From Tubulanus polymorphus (Eukaryota > Animalia > Nemertea), in the NCBI RefSeq assembly GCF_964204645.1, contig NC_134026.1, positions 31,220,150-31,284,149 on the forward strand: a DNA stretch of 64,000 nt. The letters are read 5' to 3'. The notes below the pieces were generated by a model that did not search any database, was not told where the DNA came from, and worked only from the letters and a program-made list of their open reading frames with translations. A program made the position numbers and the translations under genes. Positions 23,701 to 37,330 of the stretch are shown here, one piece after another (positions within the stretch are counted from its first letter, which is position 1; each line of letters starts with the position of its first letter).

Positions 23701-26700
23701 AAAATGTGGGTAATTTCCTGAGGAAAAGAGTAAATGTTTGATAATGGTTGGTATTGATTTACGCTTGCTCTCAATTTTAACGAGCCACAATTTCACTTCG
23801 TAATTTACCGAAAACCAGAGATGAAATATTCAGCATATACACATTCTTTACAACGTGGAAACATAAACGACTATTAGTCATTGTGTAAATATTAGTAATT
23901 CATGAATTAATGACTGTAGTAAAAATACATGTTCTAAAACTGATAGAAACCAACCGTGTAAGGGAATATTGAAATAAAACAAGTCATTGAGAATTAGTGA
24001 AGGGTTTCATGATTGATTGAATATTGAAGTATCAATTAATATGCAACTTCACGACTTATAAACAAACACAGGAGACAGAGGTATACAATACATCTACGGG
24101 TATAATAGACTCCGCTCAAGTCTGATCTTTTGACTTGAGAGTGATATCTGAGTTGGACGATACAGTAGACTCCGCTGAAGAGTCTGATCTATTGACTTGA
24201 GAGTGATATCCGAGTTAGATGATACAGTAGACTCCGCTCAAGTCGGATCTTTTGACAAGAGAGTGATATCTGAGTTAGATGGTACAGTAGACTCCGCTCA
24301 AGTTGGATCTTTTTACTTGAGAGTGATATCTGAGTTGGATGGTACAGTAGACTCCGCTCAAGTCTGATCTTTTGACTTGAGAGTGATATCTGAGTTGGAT
24401 GATACAGTAGACTCTGCTCAAGTCGGATCTTTTGACAAGAGAGTGATATCTGAGTTAGATGGTACAGTAGACTCCGCTCAAGTCGGATCTTTTGACAAGA
24501 GAGTGATATCTGAGTTGGATGGTACAGTAGACTCCGCTCAAGTCTGATCTTTTGACTTGAGAGTGATATCTGAGTTGGATGATACAGTAGACTCCGCTCA
24601 AGTCTGATCTTTTGACTTGAGAGTGATATCTGAGTTGGATGGTACAGTAGACTCCGCTCAAGTCTGATCTTTTGACTAGAGAGTGATATCTGAGTTGGAT
24701 GGTACAGTAGACTCCGCTCAAGTCTGATCTTTTGACTAGAGAGTGATATCTGAGTTAGATGGTACAGTAGACTCCGCTCAAGTTGGATCTTTTTACTTGA
24801 GAGTGATATCTGAGTTGGATGGTACAGTAGACTCCGCTCAAGTCTGATCTTTTGACTTGAGAGTGATATCTGAGTTGGATGATACAGTAGACTCCGCTCA
24901 AGTCTGATCTTTTGACTTGAGAGTGATATCTGAGTTGGATGGTACAGTAGACTCCGCTCAAGTCTGATCTTTTGACTTGAGAGTGATATCTGAGTTGCAT
25001 GGTACAGTAGACTCCGCTCAAGTCTGATCTTTTGACTTGAGAGTGATATCTGAGTTGGATGATACAGTAGACTCCGCTCAAGTCTGATCTTTTGACTTGA
25101 GAGTGATATCTGAGTTGGATGATACAGTAGACTCCGCTCAAGTCTGATCTTTTGACTTGAGAGTGATATCTGAGTTGGATGGTACAGTAGACTCCGCTCA
25201 AGTCTGATCTTTTGACTAGAGAGTGATATCTGAGTTAGATGGTACAGTAGACTCGCATAGGGAAAAATATCTTTAGAAATGTCAGAGTTAATCAGTGATT
25301 TCTGATTTGAACAGAGTCTGCTATATTTTCTATTAACCTCACTGAATAGAAATGTGACTTCGCCTAATTCTAGAAAATTGATCTGCTAAACTCTTCCATA
25401 CACAACCTAGGTATCAATCATTTAGAAAACCAATTATAACAAAATATCTGGATAATTTCTCAATAAATCAATCATTGATCTCGTTTGAGGGGCGACACAT
25501 TGAGAGAGAGATCAACAGGTTGAGAATTGATAGAAAATATAACACTATCTGAAAGAATTATCGACTACTTTGTGAGTGGTTTTTCCTGTGAGTGGTTTCA
25601 CCGTGAGTGGTTTCACCATGAGTGTATAGTGTATTCTACCTCAGTCAGATTGATGGCTTTTAATTGATAAATAAACATGAAGCAATAAATGTTGCCGTGG
25701 TCTCGCGCCGGAGACCGAGAGGAGAGCGAAAACTTTATGAGATTCTCCGCAATAGCAAAATACGCCACGCTCCGGCCGGCCGCTGTGTGCTGTTGCCGGT
25801 AGCAACCTACACGGAAAAGTTCATAACAAATATAAATCAGGAAAGAATTAACATATTTTCGTTTGCGTCGAGATTTCTAAACGAGAACTCACTTCAACCT
25901 GTTCATTTTATTCTCTATTCATATTGAGGACGAGTGAAAAATAAAAACAAGTCGCGCTGTATTTGTGCATTCAAGCGTTCAATATATATAAAAAAACATT
26001 CTTTATAAAAGATATTTGAAAAGCGTTGATTTTGTAATTTGACTCTATTTGTGTCGATGTAGAAATAGCTGTTACTTAAATATAAACGCTTATTTAAAGC
26101 GCTTTTATACTTAAATAGTTTTTAGAACTTCAAATAGATTTCGTGGTCCTTCTTTTTGTGACTCAATTTATGAAGGATTGGAAAAACAGTCAAAATTTTG
26201 TTAACCACTTTTCCAGACGATGAATTACACTAAATTTTTAGACCCGTTTTATATAAACTACTGAATTAGAAATATAAATGGAGACTTATGTGACGACTTA
26301 TCCAAATGATGACTTAAATTTGAAATATAAATTTGGACTTATGCGATGACAAAAAGAGAGATGATTTCCGTAATGTGACGACTTATAACAAATATGTAGT
26401 AATTCTATGAACGGAATTTTACTTACTTTTTTCCCGTTTAATTAAACCGTTTCCGAACCCGATTTGAACGTCGTCTATTTCTAGTTTAATCGGGCCGATG
26501 ATATCTCCGTCATCGGTGAGTAGAGATAAAATATAAACCGCTTCCTCGTCGCGTTCAAAAATCAAATCCTCGAAATCATCGAAACTTTCATTCATTTTAC
26601 GAACGTTTTCCGGTTCGAAATTCTTCCAAATTTTTTTCGCTCGTTTTTTCACGAATTTATTCTCTTTTTCGGAGCCTTTATCTTTATTTTCCGAGTCGGA

Positions 26701-27423
26701 CTGACTGTAGCTGCTGCTGCGGCTGTTATAAATCTGATCAGGCGTCGCTGATTTCGGATTTAAATCTGCTTCTTCGTTGAAATTAAACACAATTGATTCG
26801 ACATCTGATTCATTCTCCTCATTATCAATATTACTATCTTTAGAACGATTAATCGCTGAAAGCGCTGATTTTTTAAGTTTAGATTTAGATCTGGTTTGTA
26901 ACGGAGCTCGTAATGAAGAGACCGCCGGAGCTGGTTGCGATTTACGCCTCGATTCGTTCTGATCGGGTTTTAACAGATTTCTAGACGGTATCGTCGTCTT
27001 CCCTCTTTGCACCGTCGACTGTGTCCTCCTTGTCGTCGGTGATTCTGTCCTCCTCGTCGCCGGCGCCGCTGCCGATGTTTCAGTTTGTGTTTCGATATTT
27101 TTAAACGGTTCGTCCTGCGTTTCAGTTTGAACTCCGATATCTTTATCCGGTGATTGAGTTTGAACTTCACGACTCTCGGTGTTCGGTTTTAGAGGTTGTG
27201 TATTAACCATTGATTTCTGTTTATTGATCTCTGGTAAAACGGGAGTGATCCTCGTGTGATCCTCACGAGGATTACTCCTCCTCCCGGAGACCGCCGATAG
27301 AAACGGTCCGTGTTGTACATATTTAACGGGATGTTGAGGTGATGTAGATGTATTCACGTATTGTCCAGTAATCGGTGGTTGTAATTGGTCAGTATTTAAC
27401 GGTTCCTCTGTTTCGACTGGTAC

Positions 27424-27461
<38 letters not shown>

Positions 27462-30400
27462 GAGGTGATGCTGAACCGTTTATTCTAACAGGTCCGTACG
27501 TATATATATTAATACCGTGTTGTTTATCAGTTTTATGTGGTTCACTGACGTGTGACGTTACATCATTACGACTAACACTTCTAAACTCATCTTCATCAAC
27601 TCTCCTATACGGGTAGTGGTCCGAGTGATACCCGTTACGGGCCCGGGCCGGGGTCGTCCCGCGTTTCGTAGTCCCGTATTTCTTCCCTCGTAACACGTAC
27701 TCAGTTCTAGGAATCGGTGATTCATCGGTCGAATCGAAACCGTAATTATCCCTACGAAATTCGCGTTGTTTTTTCGATAGTTTTTTGAGTTGTTTTTTCG
27801 CGCTGAGACTGTCGAGGTATTTCCTACTCGGTAGTCCGTGCGGAGAATAATCCAAATCATCCAGGTCATTATTATTATTATGATGATTATTATTATTACG
27901 TTTAAGTCTGATATTTCTATACGGATTCATTCTCTCGATCTCGCGCCGATACTGATCCAGTAATAAAAGTTCCTGTAATCGATGTTTGAAGTTGTGATAT
28001 GATTGGTTACTGGAGTCAGCGTGCTGCTGCTGTAAACCGTCGTCGTCAGCGGCCGTGGCAGACGGGTTTGTCAGTAACGTTTTAAACCTCGTAGGTGGTG
28101 GATATCGTTCCAGCTCGTCCCAGTATAAATCGTCGGGTGGACTCGTCAGTAATTTATTAGATTGTTTAGCGATACTCGTCGGGTTTAAGACGACCGGTTT
28201 GTTACCGCTGTTAAGCGTGTAATCGCCGTTCCAACCAGTCAAACGTCTTTTACGAGTCAGCGTTTCTTTAAACGTATTGTAACCGATTTCAATGTCTTCA
28301 ATATGATTGAGGTCGTAGCTGTAAGGTTCGAACGATCGAACGAAATATTCCTTATCGACATCTTTTATGAATCCGTTATCAGTAAATAGGTCGCTGTCAT
28401 CGTTTCTGTAAATATCGTCAGTGTTTGCGATATTTCGATGTTTTTTCAGTGGTTCCGTCTGAATCGCTTGATCTGTTTTACTTTGTGCGGCGACTGCTGG
28501 TTTTTTCTTATTTCTTCGTTTCGGTCTGTGAATTTTCGGTTTGATATAAACCTCTTCCTCGACGGGACTCTCATCATCATCATCATCATCATCGTCACTT
28601 CTCCATTGTTTATCTCGATATCTCAAATCGTGATATTTCCCCGTGCGATATCGAGGTATTCTCTCGTATCTATCCTCATCGTTTTCCTCGTCGTCACTCA
28701 GCGAATGATGCTTTGTTCTCCTCTGTTGTGGTTTTACCGGTGGTTTTAGTAAGTTATGTAAATGTTGATCAGTTTGTGGTATAATAACCACTGCGTACGG
28801 CTGTTGTTGTTGTCGCGGTAATAACGACTGTCCTCTGTTGTCTATCACCGGCAGTAAGTTACCGATCGGTATTTGATCGAGGAATGTTTGTTGTTGAGTT
28901 GGAGCAGCAGGTGGCGCTGCTACAGCTGGTTCGGGTATAGCCTGTTCCGGAACAGGAGACGGTACAAGGATTGATCTTCGAGGTCTGATATCTATAGAAG
29001 GTCTAGTTGAACGTATAACGTCTATAGAAGGTCTACTGTGTAACCATCTCGCGCTGGGGTCGCTCATTTTTCTCGAGATGTTGCTCAGTTTTCTCAGCGG
29101 TTCAGGTATTTGATGCGAAGGTCTGCGGATATACCGAGCATCGTCTGGTGCCAGATTCTGAGATGTAGAAGGTCTATTTCTGGGAGTTGAAGGTCGTCTA
29201 TCTCTGACCGGTGGTTCCATTCTAGGTTTATCGTGTCTATCAGTCGGGGTCGGTGTCCGGGATCGTCTACCCAGTATCTGTACCGGTGGATGTTTAGAGT
29301 TGTGGGTTCTATCCGGGGTTCTAGCTCGACTGATCGGCCTCGGTTCGCTGATATAAATAGGACTTCGCGCTCGAGACGGAGCCTTCCTCTTCTTCGGTTT
29401 TTCTCGCTGTTTTGGAATATCCGGCGATCGAGGAGGACTGCTCCTAGACTGTCTCCTCATCGGAGGAGGACTGCTCCTAGATTGTCTCCTCGATGATTCC
29501 GGTTTGAAATACTCGTCGCTGTCCGTTGTTTGATCCGGTGCTTGTTTTCTATACGAGCGAATGAACCTCGACCGATGCGGATCCTCGTGAGGTTGCTCGT
29601 GAGGTTGCGGAGTATTCCTACGACTGATCTCTCTCTGAAACGATACGATCGAATCCTCTCTGTCGAGGTCGGTCGATAGTTCGTTATTGTTGAGTTTAAG
29701 TCGAGGTATCGGAGTCGGTTCTCGACTGACGGGTGACTCCGCGTAACGGGGTGACTCCGCCGCGTAACTACGCTCCGTTTCTAATTCGTGTAATTTCTCG
29801 CGTTTCTGTTGAACTTTCAATCTCAAACTCTTGGCTAGCGCCGGTGAGATCGTCGAGAACTCGTCATCAGACGGATGACGATGTTTCCAGAATCCGTCTG
29901 CGTATTGACTGAGAGCTGATCCCTCTCTACTGTAACGAGGTGTATTCACACCCGACTGATCCGGAGCCGCTAAATTATATTTCTCGCGTATCGTTTTTTT
30001 CCGCGGGGGACTCAAACCTACGACTCCTTGAATTCTATTCCTCGACATTTTTATTCTAGGTACGACATTTTTCGTTTTCTAATTCTAGAATTCGCATTTT
30101 TCGTTTTTTGGTCGGGTCAGGTCGTACGCGAGCAGTTTCTCGATAAACACTCGAAGTCTCGTGAATAAATAATGAAACGATGATGAAATGATGTACGGTT
30201 ATTGAAACGTTGTCGACGGCGATGATGAATCCGTCGTAAAATATCGAAATATCGATAAAAACACGACGAGAGTCGGTTTTATAACGATTAATACTCGGAA
30301 CAAACGAGCACAAAACTCAACTCGATTCACAGAGAATAAATCCTTATAAATAATGTATGAATTAAATCATAAAATACTCATCACTCACGACGGATTGAAA

Positions 30401-31626
30401 CTGAGTGTGACACGACTTATAGCAGTCCGAGATACACGACTTATAGCAGTCCGAGATACACGACTTATAGCAGTCCGAGATACACGACTTATAGCAGTCC
30501 GAGATACACGACTTATAGCAGTCCGAGATACACGACTTATAGCAGTCCGAGATACACGACTTATAGCAGTCCGAGATACACGACTTATAGCAGTCCGAGA
30601 TACACGACTTATAGCAGTCCGAGATACACGACTTATAGCAGTCCGAGATACACGACTTATAGCAGTCCGAGATACACGACTTATAGCAGTCCGAGATACA
30701 CGACTTATAGCAGTCCGAGATACACGACTTATAGCAGTCCGAGATACACGACTTATAGCGGTCCGAGATACACGACTTATAGCGGTTTCGAGATACACGA
30801 CTTATAGCGGTTCGAGATACACGACTTATAGCAGTTCGAGATACACGACTTATACCAGACCGAGATACACGACTTATATATATTTCTGAGCTGAGATTTC
30901 ACTGTCAATTTCACTGAGCTGAGATTTCACTGAACTGCTATCATTCAACGCTGGTGTCAGTATCTAAACATTAAACATTCCGATTCCTGCGAAAAACGAT
31001 CGCTTTTAGTGAATAATATTTCAATGAATAAAACGACAACTCGAGAAATATTTCATCGATAAATCATTTGTAACAGATGAGAAATTCTTTCATTGTTGAC
31101 GCGACGGTAACAGCCCCGGTAACAGCGACGGTAACACGGACGGTAACAGCAGACGCCCGACCGTTAGAAAAATCTTATTTCAAACTAATAATCAATTAAA
31201 CTGCACCTTTACGAGATGATATATCTGATATTCCTCAAGAGTCTTCCCTATTTATGATCTAATACTTCTCAATATCCAATATCACTGACAGTCTAAACAT
31301 TTCTCAGCCAAAACCACTTTAAAAACATCAATATTATTCCAATAAAGCGTCGAATGAAAATATTTCCTTTTTCTGATGATAGAAATAGTAATCCAGTTTA
31401 TGAACCGGCACTGATCCTGTAAGCGCAGGTCCGTCGTATATCTGTGTCAGAAAGAGTATTTTAAATATCGCAACGTGTTTCTTTCATATTCCGTACAAAA
31501 GACCTTTTATAAATTCAGTCTGACGTTGCCTAGTGTTTTCATACAATAATAACTAAACTATCAGCCACAAAACTTTTTTACTATTTCAGATGAAAGAAAG
31601 GAATTTCTTTCAAAAAGACACTCGTC

Positions 31627-31672
<46 letters not shown>

Positions 31673-34600
31673 CTAACTGACTCCTATGTTACATCCAATG
31701 TTCAGTATCAAGAACCTTCCTCATTAAAATGAGTCACGTCATGAATGACTTCGAATTCAAGTTTTAAACTCGATGACAAAAAATTTATGAATCTTTTAAT
31801 AAGAAAATGTCAAAAATATGAATTCAAATGAAATGTGGTGTATTTGCTGACTGTGTGTGTGTCATGCATAGAAACCTATAACAGTATTCAGTAGCTGTTT
31901 GTCACTGAAAGTATTTTTTTTTTATCAGCTAGCAGGTTTTTTTTTATATCCCAAATGATTAAATAGTTTCATTATATGGAAATATGACACGACAATAAAC
32001 GTATAGAAATGAATATCAACGATGAATTGAGGAGCAGGTTTTGTAAAGACGCGATGAGAAAACAGGTCTTACTGTTCACACACCGGGCGTCTTTAAACAT
32101 TAATCAGTGAATGTCACGAGAAACACGGGCAGACACCTGCTCGGTTAGTTCATTAATCAGCCTCAAGATGGCAGCATTATCTAGCTGCAATTATAACTCA
32201 GTTCAACAGTCGTTTGACTTTGATAAGTTTAACATAAATTGATTTCAAATGAGCAACAACTGTGGAACTGGCTTTGGTTCCACTAACTGTAGAACTGGAT
32301 TTGGTTCCACTAACTGTGGAAGTGGGTTCAGTTCTGTGGAACTGTGGAATTAAAATTGATTTACCTTCTTCTAAAACTGTCATCATATCATCGAGATTCT
32401 CACAGGAAACGATGAATAAATTCTCGACGTAAAATCCTTTATTTTTGCCCCAGCGAACGTTAAGGGGACTCCTACGAGGGTACGGATTCAACAAATCAAT
32501 AACCTACAAATATATCAAATACTGTTAGTTATAATCGAGCTGATGATTTGAAAACATCTCAGTTTCATTCATAGACCAATGGAAACAGTTGTAGTTCTTG
32601 ATTTCACAAAATGGAGTCTCTTTTCACTTATTCAACTTGTTGAGTGAAATAAGACTTTTTTGGATACAGTTTAAAAGGGTTTAAAATCGATGTTTTTGTT
32701 CAACTATCCGTCCTTTAAAGACCTCTATCGGATATGTACAACAAAAAATGATTGAGCATGGCCTGACGCCTGACGTCTGCTCAGCTGACGCCTGATGTCT
32801 GCTCAGACGGAGTTATAGTTACCTGTTCGTTGTATATTTCTAAGTAAGATGCGTGAACTCTTAAAGTCGTTGGATTTTTTGCTTGCATGTGACGATACAA
32901 ATAAGCGAACGATCGCGGAATTAGTCCGAATAGTTCAGCATTCGGTCGACGGCCATCTTGAAACTGTATAACGGCAAAATGAAACAATTAATCGAATAAT
33001 TTCAATGAGATTGGATTAAAATTTCATTAATTCTAATGCAATCATGAAACAGAGTCAGAAGGTCAATTTTCAATGACAACTAACTACGTATCTCATGATG
33101 TCAACCAGGGAGAGGTGTCCATACCTCCCTTGGGTTAAACCAGGGAGAGGTGTCCATACCTCCCCCGGGTTAAACCAGGGAGAGGTGTCCATACCTCCCC
33201 CGGGTTAAACCAGGGAGAGGCGTTCATACCTCCCCGGGTTAAACCAGGGAGAGGTGTCCATACCTCCCCCGGGTTAAACCAGGGAGAGGTATCCATACCT
33301 CCCCCGGGTTAAACCAGGGAGAGGTGTCCATACCTCCCCCGGGTTAAACCAGGGAGAGGTGTCCATACCTCCCCCGGGTTAAACCAGGGAGAGGCGTTCA
33401 TACCTCCCCGGGTTAAACCAGGGAGAGGTGTCCATACCTCCCCCGGGTTAAACCAGGGAGAGGTATCCATACCTCCCCCGGGTTAAACCAGGGAGAGGTG
33501 TCCATACCTCCCCCGGGTTAAACCAGGGAGAGGTGTCCATACCTCCCCCGGGTTAAACCAGGGAGAGGTGTCCATACCTCCCCAGGTTAAACCAGGGAGA
33601 GGTGTCCATATTGCTAGTACGGTCTCAAATCTGGGGATCCCTATAATCTCACTAGTTGAGGTGGTCCCCGGGGATCCCTATAATCTCACTAGTTGAGGTG
33701 GTCCCCGGGGATCCCTATAATCTCACTAGTTGAGGTGGTCCCCGGGGATCCCTATAATCTCACTAGTTGAGGTGGTCCCCGGGGATCCCTATAATCTCAC
33801 TAGTTGAGGTGGTCCCCGGGGATCCCTATAATCTCACTAGTTGAGGTGGTCCCCGGGGATCCCTATAATCTTACTAGTTGAGGTGGTCCTGTGATTGTAT
33901 GTGTCTTTCCTGATCCAGTTTGTCCAAATGCAAATGCTGTACAAGAATATCTGCAAAATTATCAAAATCATTTTATAATAAAACTAAGTAACTTTACAAG
34001 AACTGGTGTAGACCTTCTCAAGTACAGTTTGAAATTATCATTTTGTTCCCAAACACTTGTAATTTACTTGTTGGATCGTGATATGAATGTATGAGTGAAT
34101 GAATGACCTATTGTGTGGTAATTAAGTAATTCGGTCACTATTAAAAAGAAATAAACAACATGTTATCAACTTGACCACAACTACCCGGCGCTACCTGGCA
34201 CACATCCAAACTGTAGGACATTATGTGTACGACTGGTATGGATTATAACATGACAACCTTGAACAAGTGTCAAATAGTGGTCGTATAGTACCCAGTATAC
34301 CTGGCAGCTACCCCCCCCCTAGTGTTCCCACCTCTCTGAAGAGCTCTCACCTCCCCGGGGAGCTCCAACCTCCCCGGAGAGCTCTCACCTCCCCGGAGAG
34401 CTCTCACCTCCCCGGGGAGCTCCAACCTCCCCGGAGAGCTCTCACCTCCCCGGGGAGCTCCAACCTCCCCGGGGAGCTCTCACCTCCCCGGAGAGCTCTC
34501 ACCTCCCCGGGGAGCTCTCACCTCCCCGGAGAGCTGCTACCTCTCTCATTGTATACATACCCATTTATTGCTAAATCAATGAGTTTTTGAACTCCACAAT

Positions 34601-37330
34601 GTTTGAAAACATCTTCCTGCGACGCTTCACATTCAAACGTTACATTAAATGTGAATGATTTCGTCGATGATTGATTATCAACCTGTTAAAATAGAAAATA
34701 TCCTCACTATTATCGGTACTGGTATCGGTAACAGTACAGGTATTGGTATTGGTATCAGTATTGGTATCAGTATAGGAATCGGTACTGGTATCGGTATCGG
34801 TATCAGTACTCAGGGGCGGATCCACGCTATATTCCACTGTATTGCAGAATATAGTCTGAATATTTTCAAGAAGTACCTAATCTAACAGTTCCAGAATGCC
34901 TTTAAATACAAGGAAAGAGTGATTTTTCAAATTTTTCTCGGGGAAGACCCCAAACCACCCTTTAATGAGCTTCATCGCCGGCATATCATCGAGCAATTAT
35001 TTTGAGGAGTACAGTTAAATTCACCGGCTGGATGCGCCCCTGGTACTGGTATTGGTATTGCCATCAGTACTGGTATTGGTATCGGTAGATAAGGAATCAT
35101 AGTTATCGGTTCATTCTAAATGAGAATCCCTGTAAATAGATGCTGAACCGGTGAGTTTACGATGTTAGGAATAGTTTAGAATGTCACGTACCCAAATGCC
35201 GCCGTCTCCGGGAAACTGAATCACACTTTTATCAGCTCGATTCCGTTCCGCGATATTTAAAGGTCGAACTCTGAAAACAAATAAAGAACAGTAGAATCAG
35301 ATCTCACGAGACCAATGAATATTCCACGCGAGACAGTGAATGAATTCCAGGGGGCGCTCACAGCGCCGTGTCAGGTCAACATCACATCAGATATTTTTTC
35401 ACGTGGCGCGAGTGATAATCAGAGACAATCCGTGGTAAGCAGAGGTCAGGGTCACGAGGAGTCTACCGTTTAAACTCATAGAATGTTTATCCGGAGTTTT
35501 CTTACCTAATAACTACCATCGACGCCATAAATCCAAATTAAAATATCTGCCTAAATATTCCATGATATCTAAGCGTATGCAATGGATATAAGTGAGTGAC
35601 TTTCTGATGTACGACACTCACTCACTGTCTTATAGACAACTCACACTAGTTTCTGATCACGGTTTATTTGTTTATAGTTATGTGACTCTGAGTAAATTAA
35701 CTCCTTTATTTCATACACTTAGATAAATATAGTTCGGGCAGCGACAAGGAGGAGCAGTTTATAATCTATTCCTACAAATAATAGCATTCATTCCTGCACC
35801 GATTAAAATAGTTGAGATATTTGAGTCTGAAATATTCAACCAGGGTTTGTCAATACAGTCAAACCTGTTTCTTGATCTGAATCATTTAGAACTGACTAAA
35901 TTCTCAATTAAACATCATGTTTTACACATAATTTGTGTGTGAACCTAATCAATAAATGGACAGGTGGTTTAATTTGGTTTGAGACCATCTCTTTATAAAA
36001 GCTTACCAGTAAGGCGGATTAACGTGGATTAAACTGATAAGGATTAGGCCGCAGTTAAGGTGGATTAAATAGATTTGACTGTATTTTATATTAGCTTCAC
36101 CGGGGTCATTTTTTCTAACCTGTTGGTGATTGATTTTAATTCTGGAACAATTTTAAATAAAAATCCCTGAAAATGACTAATATACGATTTAGTCAAAACG
36201 TCAAATCAACTTTTAGCTCAAAGGAAATATTTCAGACTCTATTTTCTTTTTAAATGTCAAATTTTATATGATCTTTAAAATACAGACTCAAGAATATTCT
36301 ATCAACGGTAATCTGAAATATTCTAATTAGTTTCTATAACAGGAATAGTAAACACGGCAAAATTCATTACCGTAGTAACCGTGCGCAACAATACAATAAA
36401 TATCGTGTCGCAATAGCGTGTTAACAATTTCATGATTAAAACGTAATTGTTCATGAAGATTTAATCCCATACAATCCTTCTTTTATTGTCAACTCCTACA
36501 ACACGGACGGACTATTAAACTTATTGTATATATATCTACGCGGTGACAACCAGTGAATTCATAATAACGGTTGAAACTATTGGAAACTTACCTAACAACT
36601 ACATTTATATTATCAGTCCCTGAATCATCGGAACCATCAGTGTTATTAGACGTATCTGTAGCGCTCCTGAAACACATAGAAATAAACATAATATTAAAAC
36701 ATATTCCAATGAAATAACAGTGAAACTCGCAGCTGAATCTGTTACTGGTGAATCTTACACTGAATTAGAAATACAAATCAAGACACAAAAATAGAGACGA
36801 TTTTAAAAATGTGACGACTTATTCAAATGAAAACTTATACACTAGTTGGGTCTCAAAAATACAAAATGACTAATATCCGATCCCCGCGACCTGGTGATAT
36901 TTTTTTTTTACCTAGCTATCGTTATTTTTCCAGAATATGAAGGTTTTCTAATTAAAGGTTTTTTCCGAGGAGCTGGTATAGGCTGATCAGTACTACCAGC
37001 ACCAGTAGCACCAGCAATAGCATCGGCACCAGCACCAGTACCAGCACCAGCAGCAGGAATACGACCAGCAGCTACTATTCCATTATTTGTATGACTATCG
37101 GGTTGTGAGCTTCCATTAACAGGTGCTCCAGCTCCAGCTCCAGCTCCTGCTCCAGCTCCTGCTCCAGGTACTGCTCCAGGTCCAGCTGAAGAATTATTAA
37201 CGCTATTTTTCGAATTATTCACAGATTTTTCCAGTTTCGTCGCGTGATTCGTCGTAGATTCAGTTTTTGATTCCGATGATTCCTCTTTTATAGAATTCAT
37301 ACTTCCGCGTTTATCCGAGGAGAATTTCAT
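17731..37330 (-). CDS. KIF12: Kinesin-like protein KIF12 (kinesin-16 type), 19 coding exons, 899 aa
   Basis: Exons 37330-36912, 36666-36592, 35270-35192, 34682-34561, 33950-33875, 32963-32823, 32503-32365, 23327-23169, 22463-22383, 22295-22177, 21639-21535, 21443-21363, 20881-20776, 20381-20168, 19275-19104, 19011-18857, 18422-18115, 18005-17949, 17822-17731 total 2700 nt in frame. P-loop [18 protein letters not shown], switch [28 protein letters not shown]12-typical [13 protein letters not shown] and [16 protein letters not shown]. Confidence 0.93.
18536..18810. repeat. ~20-bp MITE-TIR-derived minisatellite (gtggaactgagtccagaaca)
   Basis: Reverse-orientation relative of the 8137 array; another lies at 20430-20570. 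Confidence 0.88.
19730..19975. repeat. ~51-bp tandem repeat (~5 copies)
   Basis: ctctcagcttggagttcaaatgattactccacgctctcagtagccagtct repeated. Confidence 0.9.
21060..21240 (+). mobile_element. Degenerate tRNA-head/CORE-like SINE remnant
   Basis: gacactcattgcctctctccacccaggagcaattgaggggtacc resembles the conserved central block of invertebrate CORE-type SINEs (recalled, not searched). Confidence 0.35.
21716..22160. repeat. MITE with its left ~41 bp tandemly amplified (~9 copies)
   Basis: ggatccagttccacatttgagttaagagttgactcagaactct units followed by the body and right end of the 59087-type element. Confidence 0.85.
22620..22790. repeat. ~19-bp minisatellite (gatatttctagatatttac)
   Basis: Directly visible. 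Confidence 0.9.
22960..23160. repeat. ~41-bp tandem repeat just after a kinesin splice donor
   Basis: ggaattggacgcagaacagcgggtctgggctcgtgaactgt units. Confidence 0.88.
24106..25253. repeat. 60-bp tandem repeat, ~19 copies
   Basis: agactccgctcaagtctgatcttttgacttgagagtgatatctgagttggatggtacagt; copies align in register with the 60-nt lines. Confidence 0.97.
26419..30048 (-). CDS. Intronless 1209-aa uncharacterised, largely disordered R/S/P-rich protein nested in KIF12 intron 7 (same strand)
   Basis: 3630-nt non-repetitive ORF in AT-rich DNA, GC-richer than its flanks. In-frame TAG shortly upstream of the ATG. Short hydrophobic C-terminal module [29 protein letters not shown]. Confidence 0.88.
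30409..30876. repeat. 24-bp tandem repeat, ~19 copies
   Basis: acacgacttatagcagtccgagat; ~360 bp upstream of the nested ORF's ATG. Confidence 0.97.
33104..33610. repeat. ~33-bp GC-rich tandem repeat, ~15 copies
   Basis: aaccagggagaggtgtccatacctcccccgggtta. Confidence 0.95.
33632..33889. repeat. 37-bp tandem repeat (7 copies) containing the end of kinesin exon 5 and its splice donor
   Basis: Minus-strand unit GGACCACCTCAACTA|GTGAGATTATAGGGATCCCCGG; the true donor copy reads gtaag. Confidence 0.93.
34340..34535. repeat. 21-bp GC-rich tandem repeat
   Basis: gagctctcacctccccggrga units. Confidence 0.9.
34811..35042. mobile_element. Small TIR element (CAGGGGCGGATCCA...TGGATGCGCCCCTG) inserted in a hexamer (ggtatY) microsatellite
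   Basis: 14-bp TIR with 1 mismatch; the microsatellite continues on both sides (34713-34810, 35043-35085). Confidence 0.7.

Noticed and set aside
24106-25253. CRISPR array or coding repeat
   Set aside because: Head-to-tail 60-bp units without unique spacers; eukaryotic intron; no cas genes.
30353-30889. ORFs on both strands (TRLIAVRD)n
   Set aside because: 24-bp satellite.
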